Below are positions 9,382 to 19,568 of a stretch of 64,000 nucleotides of DNA, piece by piece. This stretch comes from Pseudomonadota bacterium (GTDB lineage Bacteria > Campylobacterota > Campylobacteria > Campylobacterales > Sulfurimonadaceae). The notes below the pieces were generated by a model. The model was not told the DNA's origin, did not search any database, and was given only the letters and a program-made list of their open reading frames with translations. The stretch spans positions 64,001-128,000 of the forward strand of contig JAZDQA010000014.1 in NCBI GenBank assembly GCA_043797085.1. Direction: 5' to 3'. Position 1 is the first letter of the stretch; each line of letters opens with the position of its first letter. The translations under genes and the position numbers were made by a program.

Positions 9382-9549
9382 CCAAGATTCTTATCAATCA
9401 AACTGATCTGGCTACACTTATTAGGACATAGAAATTTAAAGAGTACACACAGCCTAAAATAAGGATATAATATTTCGTAAAAACAATTCTTGAATTTAAT
9501 TCCAAATATGCAACGCTTTTTATGAGTTATAAGAAGAAAAGAGGACACG

Positions 9550-9579
9550 ATGCTGATTGGATATGCTCGTGTAAATTAG
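9550..9579 (+). pseudogene. N-terminal scar of a serine resolvase/recombinase (MLIGYARVN*)
   Basis: RBS GAGGA, then ATG CTG ATT GGA TAT GCT CGT GTA AAT TAG. This matches the MLIGYARVS start of resolvases and stops at the catalytic Ser position. Confidence 0.7.
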
Positions 9580-9613
9580 TATTAATTTTAGCTAAGCAGG
9601 GTGTACTTTATAA

Positions 9614-11548
9614 ATGAAAAGTCTTAAGTCATATCTTATCCATTCTTTTACCAGTCATAAAATCGAACATACCCCCTACTACCTCATTGCGCTACTGGCT
9701 GTTAATATGCTGATTGTGGCAAGTGTATCGATCGGATTACTCTACAATATCGGATTTGAGCGTCAAAAAAGTCAACTAATGGATCTAGTTGAAACGCAAA
9801 GTGTCATGATCAATATTGTTGCACGTCAAGCTAATATGAAGCAAGATGCTCAACTTTCAGATACCGAAATGCACACCGTTGCGGCAAATTTTATCCGACA
9901 ATTCCATAAAGCTTACCCGCTTTACGGAGCGACTGGAAAAAGTGGAGAATTTACGTTGGGTCAACGTAATCATGATTCGATCGGATTTATTCTGAAACAA
10001 CGTTATTTCGATGAAAAAAATCAGATGGATGTTCCCTGGAATTCGACTTTTGCCGAACCGATGCGTCGAGCGCTGAATGGGCGAACGGGAGTCGATATTA
10101 TGTTGGATTATCGAGGTGCAACGGTTCTTGCCGCCTATAAGCCGATTCATGATCTTAGTTGGGGTCTTGTAGCCAAAATAGATCTTGATGAAATTCGGGC
10201 TCCCTATATCAAAGCGACATGCTACGCCTTCTTATTTACTCTTTTTCTAGCCATAATCGGCAGTATCTTTTTTTGGTTTTTTGTCAATCCTCTGGTCCGT
10301 GAGATCGAAGATTCTCGACAATTTAACCGTTTACTTATTTCGAAGTCATCGAGTGGGTTAGTGCTATGTACAAGCGATGGACAAATTATTGATGCAAACC
10401 AAGCATTTCTAAAAATTATTGGACGAACTCTTGAACAAATCTTGACGTTTAATTATCTTGATCTGGTTGCTGAAAAATACATTGAAAAAGAAAAAAAGCA
10501 GCTAATGGGGCTGATTCAAACCGGTTCGCTTGCCACATGCGAAAGCTGTTGTATCAATAGTGCTGGAGAACTGATCCCAATCAGGCTGTCGGGTGAATTG
10601 GTAACGATGAAAAATGCTAATTATATATGGCTAAGCATTGAGGATATAAGTGATTTTAAAAAACGAGAAGCTGAACTGATGCTTTCATCTATTGTTTTTG
10701 AAAATTCACAAGAAGCCATATTTATCACGGATAATAAGAAAAAAATTATTAAAGCCAACCAAGCATTTACAATGGTAACCGGGTATTCTCTGAATGAAGT
10801 ATTAGGACAGACTCCAAGTTTTCTTAAATCTGGGCGTCACGATTCGTTGTTTTACAAAAAGATGTTTGAGGAGATTGCTGCTACGGGCACATGGCATGGT
10901 GAAATATGGAACAAACATAAAAACGGTAAGATTTATCCTTCGTTACAAAGCATTTCCGCTGTGTATGATGAGAATAAAAAATTGATCCGTTATGTTTCTA
11001 TACTTACCGATATCAGCATACAAAAAGCATATGAACAGCAGCTTTATGATCATGCGCATCGTGATACATTAACAGGACTTCCTAATCGTCTCTATTTCGA
11101 ACAAAAATTTGATCAGACACTTCTTCGTGCACAGTATACGCAGCAAAAGTTTGCTTTATTTTTTATCGATCTTAACCAATTTAAAGAGGTTAACGACACG
11201 ATGGGACATGATACAGGTGATTTTTTACTCCAAACCGTTGCTAATTCTTTAAAAGAGGGAATACGATCCGAGGATTTCGTTGCACGGTTAGGAGGAGATG
11301 AGTTTGTCGTGATCCTTGCAACTATTTCCAATAGCAATGAAGCCGTTCGGATTGCTCAGCATCTTATGGAAAAATCACAGCAAATTATTCAAATTGGAGA
11401 GCACACACTACACCCTTCACTTAGTATAGGTATAGCCATGTACCCAGAGCACGGTATTGAAAGATCAGAGTTGTTAAAATGTGCTGATGAAGCTATGTAT
11501 CACGCCAAGCACAATACACAAGAACATTATCATGTATTTTCCACTTAA
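9614..11548 (+). CDS. Membrane sensor diguanylate cyclase (Cache-PAS-PAS-GGDEF)
   Basis: Two TMs around a Cache-like 'DYRGATVLAAYKPI..WGLVAKID' segment, two PAS domains, DTLTGLPNR, I-site RSED, RLGGDEF. Confidence 0.92.
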   Translation: MKSLKSYLIHSFTSHKIEHTPYYLIALLAVNMLIVASVSIGLLYNIGFERQKSQLMDLVETQSVMINIVARQANMKQDAQLSDTEMHTVAANFIRQFHKAYPLYGATGKSGEFTLGQRNHDSIGFILKQRYFDEKNQMDVPWNSTFAEPMRRALNGRTGVDIMLDYRGATVLAAYKPIHDLSWGLVAKIDLDEIRAPYIKATCYAFLFTLFLAIIGSIFFWFFVNPLVREIEDSRQFNRLLISKSSSGLVLCTSDGQIIDANQAFLKIIGRTLEQILTFNYLDLVAEKYIEKEKKQLMGLIQTGSLATCESCCINSAGELIPIRLSGELVTMKNANYIWLSIEDISDFKKREAELMLSSIVFENSQEAIFITDNKKKIIKANQAFTMVTGYSLNEVLGQTPSFLKSGRHDSLFYKKMFEEIAATGTWHGEIWNKHKNGKIYPSLQSISAVYDENKKLIRYVSILTDISIQKAYEQQLYDHAHRDTLTGLPNRLYFEQKFDQTLLRAQYTQQKFALFFIDLNQFKEVNDTMGHDTGDFLLQTVANSLKEGIRSEDFVARLGGDEFVVILATISNSNEAVRIAQHLMEKSQQIIQIGEHTLHPSLSIGIAMYPEHGIERSELLKCADEAMYHAKHNTQEHYHVFST

Positions 11549-11588
11549 TGATTCCAAGACTCAAAGGAAAAAGAGATCGGACTAAAAC

Positions 11589-11610
11589 AGAGGCAAATAG
11601 TTCTGCCTCT
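11589..11610. terminator. Hairpin between the convergent DGC and arsB genes
   Basis: AGAGGCA-N8-TGCCTCT. Confidence 0.55.
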
Positions 11611-11616
11611 AAAGCT

Positions 11617-12870
11617 TTATAATAATCCTAATAATGCAATAAGTAAAACTGGCGGAGTAATAACCAGCCCTACTTTCATATACTCGCCCCATCCGATCTT
11701 GACCCCTTTTTGTGCCAAAACATGAAGCCATAGCAACGTTGCGAGCGATCCGATTGGGGTCATTTTAGGTCCGAGGTTACATCCGATAATGTTGGCATAG
11801 GCTAAAGCATTATTTCCTGCCTCTGCAATGGCAATATCCATAATCATGATGGTGGGCATATTGTTCATTATTGAGCTTAAGATTGCGGATAAGAAGCCTG
11901 TTCCGATTACGGCATAGACATTTCCCATACTTTGTAACTCTATAATCAATCCAGCAAGATAGGTTGTTAATCCGCCGTTTTTCAGACCATAAACAACGAC
12001 ATAAAGTCCGATGCTAAACCACACCACCTGCCACGGGGCGGCTTTGATGGTCATAATGGGTTTTGTTGCTTTAAAGTACGTTGCAATAGCCAAAAAGACC
12101 AATGCACCGCCCAAAGCAAATACCGAGATCGGAAGATGGTACGCATCACCGATAAAATAACCTATCATCAAGAGACTCAAAAACCACCAGCTGAGGCGGA
12201 ACATCGTCATGTTTTTAATCGCTGACTCAGGAGATGCCAGTTGCGTAATGTCGATGTGGGTTGGAATGTCTTTGCGAAAATAAATCCATAATACGGCAAT
12301 CGACGCGAGTATACTGAGAAGATTGGGAAGAAACATCGTTTTGGCATATTCCCAAAATCCAATGTGAAAATAACCCGCTGTTACGATGTTGGTGAGATTT
12401 GAGATTACGAGCGGGTTGGAAGCGCTGTCCCCGATAAATCCGCCCGCCATCAAAAAGGCGAACATGGCGAGAGGGTTCATCTTTAGATATTTCATTTTAG
12501 CGAGGACAATCGGAGTGAGGATCAATGCCGCACCGTCGTTGGCAAAAAATGCGGATACCAATGCTCCAAGAATCAAGATATAAACAAACATCAAGTGACC
12601 GTTACCGCCAGAGAGACGCGCCATTTTTAGTGCCGCCCACTCAAAAAATCCGATTTCATCCAGCACCATGGAGAGAAGGATTATCCCGATAAACGCCAGT
12701 GTCGCATCCCACACGATGGAAGTCACTGTCCATACATCCGTAAGGCTCACGACTCCGAGGATCACAGCAGCAACAGCACCGACTACCGCCGTTGTGCCTA
12801 TCTGCAAACCACGCGGCTGCCAAATGACGAAAATCAGTGTTACTAAAAAAATTGCACTAGCTATTATCAT
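11617..12870 (-). CDS. arsB: Arsenite efflux pump ArsB
   Basis: 'IWQPRGL', 'FFANDGAALILTP', 'SNLTNIV', 'NNMPT', 'GCNLGPKMTPIGSLATLLW'. Confidence 0.95.
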   Translation of the reverse strand: MIIASAIFLVTLIFVIWQPRGLQIGTTAVVGAVAAVILGVVSLTDVWTVTSIVWDATLAFIGIILLSMVLDEIGFFEWAALKMARLSGGNGHLMFVYILILGALVSAFFANDGAALILTPIVLAKMKYLKMNPLAMFAFLMAGGFIGDSASNPLVISNLTNIVTAGYFHIGFWEYAKTMFLPNLLSILASIAVLWIYFRKDIPTHIDITQLASPESAIKNMTMFRLSWWFLSLLMIGYFIGDAYHLPISVFALGGALVFLAIATYFKATKPIMTIKAAPWQVVWFSIGLYVVVYGLKNGGLTTYLAGLIIELQSMGNVYAVIGTGFLSAILSSIMNNMPTIMIMDIAIAEAGNNALAYANIIGCNLGPKMTPIGSLATLLWLHVLAQKGVKIGWGEYMKVGLVITPPVLLIALLGLL

Positions 12871-13304
12871 AAAATATTCTCTTCGGCTGGATTAGCAATA
12901 AATGCTTTTACTTTTGATTCGATTGTATCACGAACAGCGCGAACTTGTTCCATAATTTCATCATCAGACCCAACAAAGGTTGAGGGATCGGGGAAACTCC
13001 ACATTATGATTCGGCTGATGCCGGGGAAAATCGGGCAACGCTGTGCCGCTTGGGCATCACAAACGGTAATCACGTGACTGTAGGTTCTACCTTCTTTATA
13101 AAGGTTAAATACCCCTTTGGTCTGATTTTCAGAAAAATCGAACCCTTTTTCCGCCATCGCTCGGACAACATAAGGGTTCATATTACCCGGTTCGATCCCG
13201 GCACTTTCGGCACAATCACTGCCTTGCGCGCAGTGGTTGAAAAACGCTTCCGCCATCTGGCTACGGGCACTGTTATGGACACAAACGAATAATACTTTCA
13301 ACAT
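12867..13304 (-). CDS. arsC: Arsenate reductase, LMW-PTP/thioredoxin type
   Basis: P-loop CVHNSARSQMAE, ITVCD...CPIFPG, DP. Confidence 0.9.
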   Translation of the reverse strand: MLKVLFVCVHNSARSQMAEAFFNHCAQGSDCAESAGIEPGNMNPYVVRAMAEKGFDFSENQTKGVFNLYKEGRTYSHVITVCDAQAAQRCPIFPGISRIIMWSFPDPSTFVGSDDEIMEQVRAVRDTIESKVKAFIANPAEENIL

Positions 13305-13359
13305 GAGATCCCCTTTGGTTGTTTGGATAACAACACTATAGCGAAAAAGATTCGATTAA

Positions 13360-13375
13360 ATCAATATATCTTGAT
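13360..13375. promoter_or_regulatory. ArsR operator ATCAA-N6-TTGAT in the divergent ars promoter
   Basis: ATCAAtatatcTTGAT between the divergent arsC-arsB and arsR transcription units. Confidence 0.75.
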
Positions 13376-13420
13376 ATATTATTTCATTTGTGTTACAATG
13401 CCGATAATCAGAGGTGATCA

Positions 13421-13744
13421 ATGGAAATCTTTTTAGAAACAGTATCCGCACTAAACGATGAAACTCGCGTAAAGTTGCTCGCATTTTTAGATCAACACGG
13501 TCCGCTGTGTGTATGCGATTTGCAATCTTCACTCGGTATGATTCAATCACGTCTTTCACGTCACCTAAAAATCCTCAAAGATGGGGGATTTTTACGGGTG
13601 GATCGGTGCGGTACGTGGGCGTATTATTCCATACGTTCCCCACTGGATCGTTTCCGTAGTGAAGCACTGGCTGAAATCCGTTGTTTGGGAATCGAACTTC
13701 CCCCACTTATAAAAATATCAGAAAATGGAGACTGTAAATTATGA
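13421..13744 (+). CDS. arsR: ArsR/SmtB metalloregulator
   Basis: LCVCD, QSRLSRHLKIL, WAYY. Confidence 0.95.
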   Translation: MEIFLETVSALNDETRVKLLAFLDQHGPLCVCDLQSSLGMIQSRLSRHLKILKDGGFLRVDRCGTWAYYSIRSPLDRFRSEALAEIRCLGIELPPLIKISENGDCKL

Positions 13745-14145
13745 AAAATGTTCTTATCCTCTGCACCGGCAACAGCTGCCGCTCTATCATGGGAGAAGCC
13801 CTCATCAATGCCAAAATGGGAGATTGTGTATTTGCACAAAGCTCAGGGGTAAAAGCCAGCGGTAAAGTAAACCCACATGCGCAAGCGCTTCTCGAAGAAA
13901 AGGGATACTGGAGAGAGGCATACCACTCTAAAGTGATCGATACCGTTATCGACACTCCGTTTGATCTCGTCGTCACCGTCTGTGACCATGCCCATGAAAC
14001 CTGCCCAATGTTTCCAAAAGCGGTAAAAACGATCCATGTCAGTTTCGAAGACCCAAGCGGTAAAGAAGTCGAAGAATATGCTAAAACTTTGGATTTAATC
14101 GAGGCAACTCTTCTTCCTATCATCCAATCCGAGTTGTGTGACTGA
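13741..14145 (+). CDS. arsC: Arsenate reductase, LMW-PTP/thioredoxin type (second copy)
   Basis: LCTGNSCRS, VTVCD...CPMFP, EDP. Confidence 0.92.
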   Translation: MKNVLILCTGNSCRSIMGEALINAKMGDCVFAQSSGVKASGKVNPHAQALLEEKGYWREAYHSKVIDTVIDTPFDLVVTVCDHAHETCPMFPKAVKTIHVSFEDPSGKEVEEYAKTLDLIEATLLPIIQSELCD

Positions 14146-14147
14146 TT

Positions 14148-15098
14148 ATGTGGCAAGAGAGCGTCAATTTCCTCGTGTATGAATGGCTTCAACTGCCGCG
14201 AGAGGAGAAGCTCTCTGACGCTCTCAACTTTTTTATCTACGATACGGTCAAAATCCTCTTTTTACTCATTGTTATTATTTTTATCGTAACCTTACTCCGG
14301 TCTTATTTCTCGACCGAAAAAGTACGGGAGTACCTCAGTAAAAGACATGAATATACGGGGAATGTCCTTGCGGCATTGTTCGGGATTATCACCCCGTTTT
14401 GTTCGTGTTCGGCGATTCCCCTCTTTTTGGGCTTTTTGCAAGCACGCATACCGCTTGGGGTGACGTTTAGCTTTCTCATCTCCGCTCCGCTGAACAACGA
14501 AATCGCCATCGCGATGCTCTTTGGGATATTTGGCTGGAAAGTGACGGCGTTGTATATCGGGTTTGGTCTTCTTGTCGCTATTGTCGGTGGTATCATTATC
14601 GGGAGGCTTGGATTAGAGAAAGAGGTTCTCATCGAGGTCAAACCGATTGAGGGAGAAATCCACGCTGAAAATCAGGTTATCCCTTTTAAAATACGTCTGA
14701 TCGATGCAAAAGAATACACGTTGGATATTCTTCGTAAAATCTGGCTCTATGTTTTGATCGGTGTCGGCGTAGGAGCGTTTATCCACGGATACGTCCCGAC
14801 CGAATTTATCACCTCTATCGCCGGGGCGGATAACCCGTTTGCCGTACCACTGGCAACATTGATAGGAATTCCGATGTATTCTAACGCCGCAGGAGTAATG
14901 CCGCTCATCGAAGTGCTCACCTCCAAAGGGATGCTTTTGGGGACGGCATTATCGTTTATGATGGCGATCACCGCCCTCTCCCTCCCCGAAGCGATGATCC
15001 TCAAGCGTGTGATGAGCCTCAAACTCATCGCCATCTTTTTCGGTACGGTGACGCTGGGGATAATCGGTGTCGGATATTTATTTAACACAATCTTATAG
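14148..15098 (+). CDS. arsP: ArsP-type (DUF318) permease
   Basis: TPFCSCSAIP, GIPMYSNAAG, SLPE. Confidence 0.88.
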   Translation: MWQESVNFLVYEWLQLPREEKLSDALNFFIYDTVKILFLLIVIIFIVTLLRSYFSTEKVREYLSKRHEYTGNVLAALFGIITPFCSCSAIPLFLGFLQARIPLGVTFSFLISAPLNNEIAIAMLFGIFGWKVTALYIGFGLLVAIVGGIIIGRLGLEKEVLIEVKPIEGEIHAENQVIPFKIRLIDAKEYTLDILRKIWLYVLIGVGVGAFIHGYVPTEFITSIAGADNPFAVPLATLIGIPMYSNAAGVMPLIEVLTSKGMLLGTALSFMMAITALSLPEAMILKRVMSLKLIAIFFGTVTLGIIGVGYLFNTIL

Positions 15099-15106
15099 GA
15101 GATACT

Positions 15107-15367
15107 ATGAAAATCGAAATTAGTAATCAAAAAAATGGTGTAAAAGCTTTTCTTTCAGGCTTTAGCACTGAAGAGTTAAGTGCTAAAATAGAGGCATGTA
15201 AAACTGGAGAATGTTCATGTAACTGTGATCCTGCAATGATGCTAAAGATCGAATCAATTGATCTCGAAAGTGTCGATGGAGGATCAACGATCACCATTAC
15301 CGGAGATGTGGATGCCCAAACACTCGCACCGATGATGCAAGAGTGTCTTTTAGGAGAAAAACAATGA
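15107..15367 (+). CDS. Small Cys-rich hypothetical protein in the ars operon
   Basis: 86 aa, RBS AGGAG, CxxxxCxCxC motif, overlaps the next start codon. Confidence 0.75.
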   Translation: MKIEISNQKNGVKAFLSGFSTEELSAKIEACKTGECSCNCDPAMMLKIESIDLESVDGGSTITITGDVDAQTLAPMMQECLLGEKQ

Positions 15368-15600
15368 AAATCGAAATTTTAGGGACGGGTTGTACTAAAT
15401 GCAAAGCCCTCGAAGAGGCAACCAAACAAGCGGTAGCGCAAAGCGGCAAATTTGCCCAGATCGAAAAGGTCGAAGATATTATGAAGATCATGGAATATGG
15501 TGTCATGAGTACTCCCGGACTCGTGATCGACGGTAAGGTTGTTAGTACCGGAAAACTTCTCAGTGTTACTGAGATCGTCAATCTGATCAAAGAGTCCTAA
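15364..15600 (+). CDS. Small thioredoxin-like redox-active disulfide protein (MTH895-like)
   Basis: MKIEILGTGCTKC...YGVMSTPGLVIDG; start at the ATG at 15364 after GGAG. Confidence 0.9.
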   Translation: MKIEILGTGCTKCKALEEATKQAVAQSGKFAQIEKVEDIMKIMEYGVMSTPGLVIDGKVVSTGKLLSVTEIVNLIKES

Positions 15601-15785
15601 ATTTTATTTATAATCTTGCTTGAATACTTTCTCTACGATGAAAGTTTCGGCAACTACCTTTTGCCACATGATGAATATGTCAAAATTTCTAAAAAAAGAA
15701 ACTAATATTTATTTTAGATATGATATATCCATTATTTTGTAACAAAGTAGTCAATATATTGTAGTTTAGAAATAGGAGAGAGAGT

Positions 15786-17378
15786 ATGTTAACTATTATC
15801 GTTACAACTCTTCTCGCCTCACTTATTATTAATATTCTTGTCAAAAAAATCCATCTTCCCACCATTATCGGCTATATTTTAACCGGTACAGCAATCGCCT
15901 ATGGTTTTCATCTGAATGAGGCGGTAAGTAACCATAATCTCAAAGAGATTGCCGAATTCGGTGTTGTTTTTTTGATGTTTACGATAGGGTTGGAGTTTTC
16001 AATCTCTCATTTAAAGCGAATGCGTAATGAAGTATTTGTTGCGGGAAGTCTTCAAATTATCATTACCTCGTCGATTGTCTATTTGATTAGCTATTATCTT
16101 TTTGAGCTCGATCAAAACTCTTCTTTCATTATTTCATTGGTAATCGCGCTCTCATCGACTGCAATCGTCCTGAAAATTCTCAACGAAAATGGCGAAATCA
16201 ATCGTCGTCATGGTCAGCGTTCACTTGGAATTTTGATCATGCAGGATATTGCTGTCATCCCGATCCTTCTCGTTATCGGATTTATGAGTAGCAAAAGTGG
16301 AAATATCTCAACCGTCTTGATGGAGATGGCAATCAGTGCCATCATACTTCTCTCTATTTTATGGGTATTTAGCAAATATCTCTTAGAGCCTTTTTTCACT
16401 CAGATTATCAAAACCAATTCCGACGAGCTGTTTGTCGGAAGTGTTCTGTTCTTGGCCATAGGAGCTTCATACGCTGCCCATTCTTTTGGATTTTCTTATT
16501 CGTTAGGAGCATTTATCGCGGGGATGCTGATCGCAGAAACCAAATATAAATATCAAGCCGAAGCCGATCTAATCCCGTTTCGTGATTTACTGCTGGGGAT
16601 CTTTTTTATCACGGTGGGGATGCAGATCGATGTTTTTTCCTTGATTTCTCAGATTTCATTTATTTTACTTTTACTGATCGGGGTGATGACTTTAAAATTT
16701 ATTATCATTTTTTTGATTTTACGCTTCAACGAGAGCAAAAGGGTTAGTCTCAAAACGGCATTGAGTCTATTGCAGATTGGGGAATTTTCGCTGGCAATTT
16801 TGGAGCTTGCCCGCTCCAATGACCTGATTCCGCAAGCCTATTCGCAGCTGCTTATTGCAACGATTGTCTTATCGATGATTGCAACACCAATTATTTTAAA
16901 GCATCTTACACAGCTAACGGATATGTTCATAAAAAACGAAGAGACAGAACCCGAGAACCTCATTGATTCCGATGATATGTATGATCATACGATTATTTTA
17001 GGATTCGGAGAATTTGGGCGAAATGTCGCAAGAGTTTTAAAAGAAAGAGGAGAATTTTATCTCGCAATCGAAAATAATCTCAATACGTTTCATGAGATTC
17101 AGCGGATGGGTGAACCGGCACTTTTTGGGAATGCGATCAAAAAAGAGGTTCTGAAAAAAGCCAATATTCAACATGCCAAATACGTCATCATCGCTATCGA
17201 TAACCCCTCGAAGCTCTATCATGTTTGTCAGATCGTTCAGCAATTTATCGACAGTTCCAAAATTATTGTCAAAGTCCACTCGGTTCATGAAAAAAACATC
17301 ATAGCTGAACTTGGGATTACCAACATTATGGTCGAAAATGAGATCATGAGCGTTCAAGTGTCGGGGCTGATTCGATAA
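15786..17378 (+). CDS. CPA2 cation:proton antiporter with TrkA-N domain (KefB/KefC-like)
   Basis: AEFGVVFLMFTIGLE, LSSTAIV, QDIAV, GEFS, C-terminal GFGEFG Rossmann motif. Confidence 0.92.
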   Translation: MLTIIVTTLLASLIINILVKKIHLPTIIGYILTGTAIAYGFHLNEAVSNHNLKEIAEFGVVFLMFTIGLEFSISHLKRMRNEVFVAGSLQIIITSSIVYLISYYLFELDQNSSFIISLVIALSSTAIVLKILNENGEINRRHGQRSLGILIMQDIAVIPILLVIGFMSSKSGNISTVLMEMAISAIILLSILWVFSKYLLEPFFTQIIKTNSDELFVGSVLFLAIGASYAAHSFGFSYSLGAFIAGMLIAETKYKYQAEADLIPFRDLLLGIFFITVGMQIDVFSLISQISFILLLLIGVMTLKFIIIFLILRFNESKRVSLKTALSLLQIGEFSLAILELARSNDLIPQAYSQLLIATIVLSMIATPIILKHLTQLTDMFIKNEETEPENLIDSDDMYDHTIILGFGEFGRNVARVLKERGEFYLAIENNLNTFHEIQRMGEPALFGNAIKKEVLKKANIQHAKYVIIAIDNPSKLYHVCQIVQQFIDSSKIIVKVHSVHEKNIIAELGITNIMVENEIMSVQVSGLIR

Positions 17379-17473
17379 GCTGTTTTCAGTTAAAGACAGA
17401 AATATCAAACAATGGTGAAAAACCCTAAATCTAGCTGGACATCATTTTTAGTATAAATCACTATAATTGACGT

Positions 17474-17938
17474 ATGAAAAAACTTCAACGTATGATCACT
17501 TCCCCGATTGGCATATTGATCGCCGAGTGCGATGAAGAAGCAATCATTGCTCTCGATTTTGCAGATGACTCCTCTCAAATAGAAAACTCTGAACATCCGC
17601 TTTTACTTCAGCTGGAAAAGGAATTACACGAATATTTCGAGGGTCAACGCCGTAATTTTACGCTACCTCTCAATCCACACGGAACACCATTTCAAAGGAG
17701 TGTTTGGGAAACACTCCAGAGCATCCCGTATGGAGTAACGATCTCTTATGCTGAGGAAGCTCAAACATTCGGAAATCCTAAAGCCGTCCGTGCCGTTGCT
17801 AATGCCAACGGTAGAAATCCTATCGTTATCTTGATCCCTTGTCACCGTGTTATCGCTAGTAGTGGAGGTCTGGGAGGATACAGCGGAGGGATAGAGAAAA
17901 AAGAGTTTTTGTTGGCGTTAGAGAAGAAAGAGAATTAG
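17474..17938 (+). CDS. ogt: Methylated-DNA-protein-cysteine methyltransferase
   Basis: GTPFQ, IPYG, RAVA, active site PCHRV. Confidence 0.95.
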   Translation: MKKLQRMITSPIGILIAECDEEAIIALDFADDSSQIENSEHPLLLQLEKELHEYFEGQRRNFTLPLNPHGTPFQRSVWETLQSIPYGVTISYAEEAQTFGNPKAVRAVANANGRNPIVILIPCHRVIASSGGLGGYSGGIEKKEFLLALEKKEN

Positions 17939-17942
17939 GGTT

Positions 17943-18560
17943 CTATTTCATCGCCATCATCAAAAAGCCAGTAAACCCTGCATTATCTGCACCGATTAGA
18001 GGAGATATGTGTGATTTCATCTCTTGGAGTATCTGAGTATAGCGCATATAAAATTCATAACTCGGTTTGGGCTTATATTCCAAACCACTTATCTCGAAAA
18101 ACTTGATAATGTCCTTGGTCGTGGTCGGTTTGATAAAAAACTCTTTATCCCGTGCGTAATAATAGGGGATTAACGTCACAATCGACCATTTTGCGAGCTT
18201 GTAGATACTGAGTACATCGACGAGGATTCTAAACCCTTTCTCATGATCGGCATGCAAAAGTTCATACAGTCCGATAGCAAACATATCTTGCTGTTCCATA
18301 CTCATTTGCTTCACCATATCTCGAACTTTTGGTTTTTCAAAAAGTGAAATAAGAGAGGATTTGGAAACGATTTTGGCAAAGCCCTCACCTATCTCTTCAG
18401 TACGCGAAAATTTCTCAGCTGCAAAGAGTTCTCTTACACTTTCGCCTATTTTTGCCGTATTGTGCCGTTTGATAATCGGTAACAATGCTTCGTCTTCGAA
18501 TCCTTTGGGATAAAAGGTGAAAAAACTAGCCTCGGCTTCTTTGAGCTTTTGCAGATTCAT
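17943..18560 (-). CDS. Hypothetical protein
   Basis: 205-aa ORF with RBS AAGGA; no recognised motif. Confidence 0.75.
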   Translation of the reverse strand: MNLQKLKEAEASFFTFYPKGFEDEALLPIIKRHNTAKIGESVRELFAAEKFSRTEEIGEGFAKIVSKSSLISLFEKPKVRDMVKQMSMEQQDMFAIGLYELLHADHEKGFRILVDVLSIYKLAKWSIVTLIPYYYARDKEFFIKPTTTKDIIKFFEISGLEYKPKPSYEFYMRYTQILQEMKSHISPLIGADNAGFTGFLMMAMK

Positions 18561-18579
18561 CGCTAATCCTTTGCGTTGT

Positions 18580-18969
18580 TTAACACTCCATCTTATATTC
18601 GATCATCGAAATTACCGCCCCTTGCGGATCTTGGATGATAGCAAAATCACCGACTTTCGGTATCGGTGTAATCTCTACGATAACATTTGCCCCTAACTCT
18701 TTTGCTTTCTCTAGCGTGGCTTTTATCTCTGTGACGGTTATGTAATTGCCCCAATGCGGGGGTATTTTTTCATCACCACAATGTTTTATATCCATGATAC
18801 CAGCCATCTCTTGACCATTCAATGATACTATTTGGTAATCGAAATCGACATTATCGGCTTTTTTAAACTCCCAACCGAAAACCTCACCGTAAAACTTTTT
18901 CGCCCCTTCGACATCGCCGGTTAACAGTTCAAACCAGCTAAATGCACCGTGTGTAGCAAATGGATTCAT
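18580..18969 (-). CDS. VOC/glyoxalase family protein
   Basis: WFEL...AKKFYGEVFGW, DPQGA. Confidence 0.9.
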   Translation of the reverse strand: MNPFATHGAFSWFELLTGDVEGAKKFYGEVFGWEFKKADNVDFDYQIVSLNGQEMAGIMDIKHCGDEKIPPHWGNYITVTEIKATLEKAKELGANVIVEITPIPKVGDFAIIQDPQGAVISMIEYKMEC

Positions 18970-19145
18970 GTCATACTCCTTGTAATATATGTCGTATCAT
19001 TTTACTCAAAAAAGCGCAATGCATATCACTACACTTTCGTCTATATTCTACCGTTTTTTCCTCAACACATACCCTCCATGCTTTTGAAACTCAAAGTCTC
19101 TAATTACAACGACATAAGTATCCTTATAGTGAGTAACGGTTTATA

Positions 19146-19568
19146 TCATGCCCTATACGCCAAAGCAGCAAAAACAAATCCCATAGATAATGCAAACGGG
19201 GTGTAAAAACGGGTGTCATAGTATGCAAACTCGGAAGATTTTATTTTTTTGAATAATCCGACCGCATTAAACTCTCCGATACCGCGAAATGTAAATATCC
19301 CCGATAAAATCCATCCGCAAATGATAAAATAATCTCGATAAGGTGACGAAGACAAATCATAAAAATAAAGCATACAAGCAACAAAAGCAAATCCGAACAA
19401 AGCTATCCCTACAATCACAGCTGCAAATTTTCCGGGATTAATTAATCGCTGTCCATTCTCTGTCGGCACAGCGATATCCATACCGATCACTCCACCCAAT
19501 GCCCAATAAAAATGGAGCAATCCGATCAGACTTAACGTGACAATAGTAAGAATGGTTATAACGCTCAT
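19146..19568 (-). CDS. DUF3995-like membrane protein
   Basis: LHFYWALGG, RGIG, DTRFYTP. Confidence 0.75.
   Translation of the reverse strand: MSVITILTIVTLSLIGLLHFYWALGGVIGMDIAVPTENGQRLINPGKFAAVIVGIALFGFAFVACMLYFYDLSSSPYRDYFIICGWILSGIFTFRGIGEFNAVGLFKKIKSSEFAYYDTRFYTPFALSMGFVFAALAYRA

Noticed and set aside
19060..19125. Possible decayed gene start on the minus strand (AAGGA-ATG TCG TTG TAA)
   Set aside because: Stops after three codons and has no recognisable homology.
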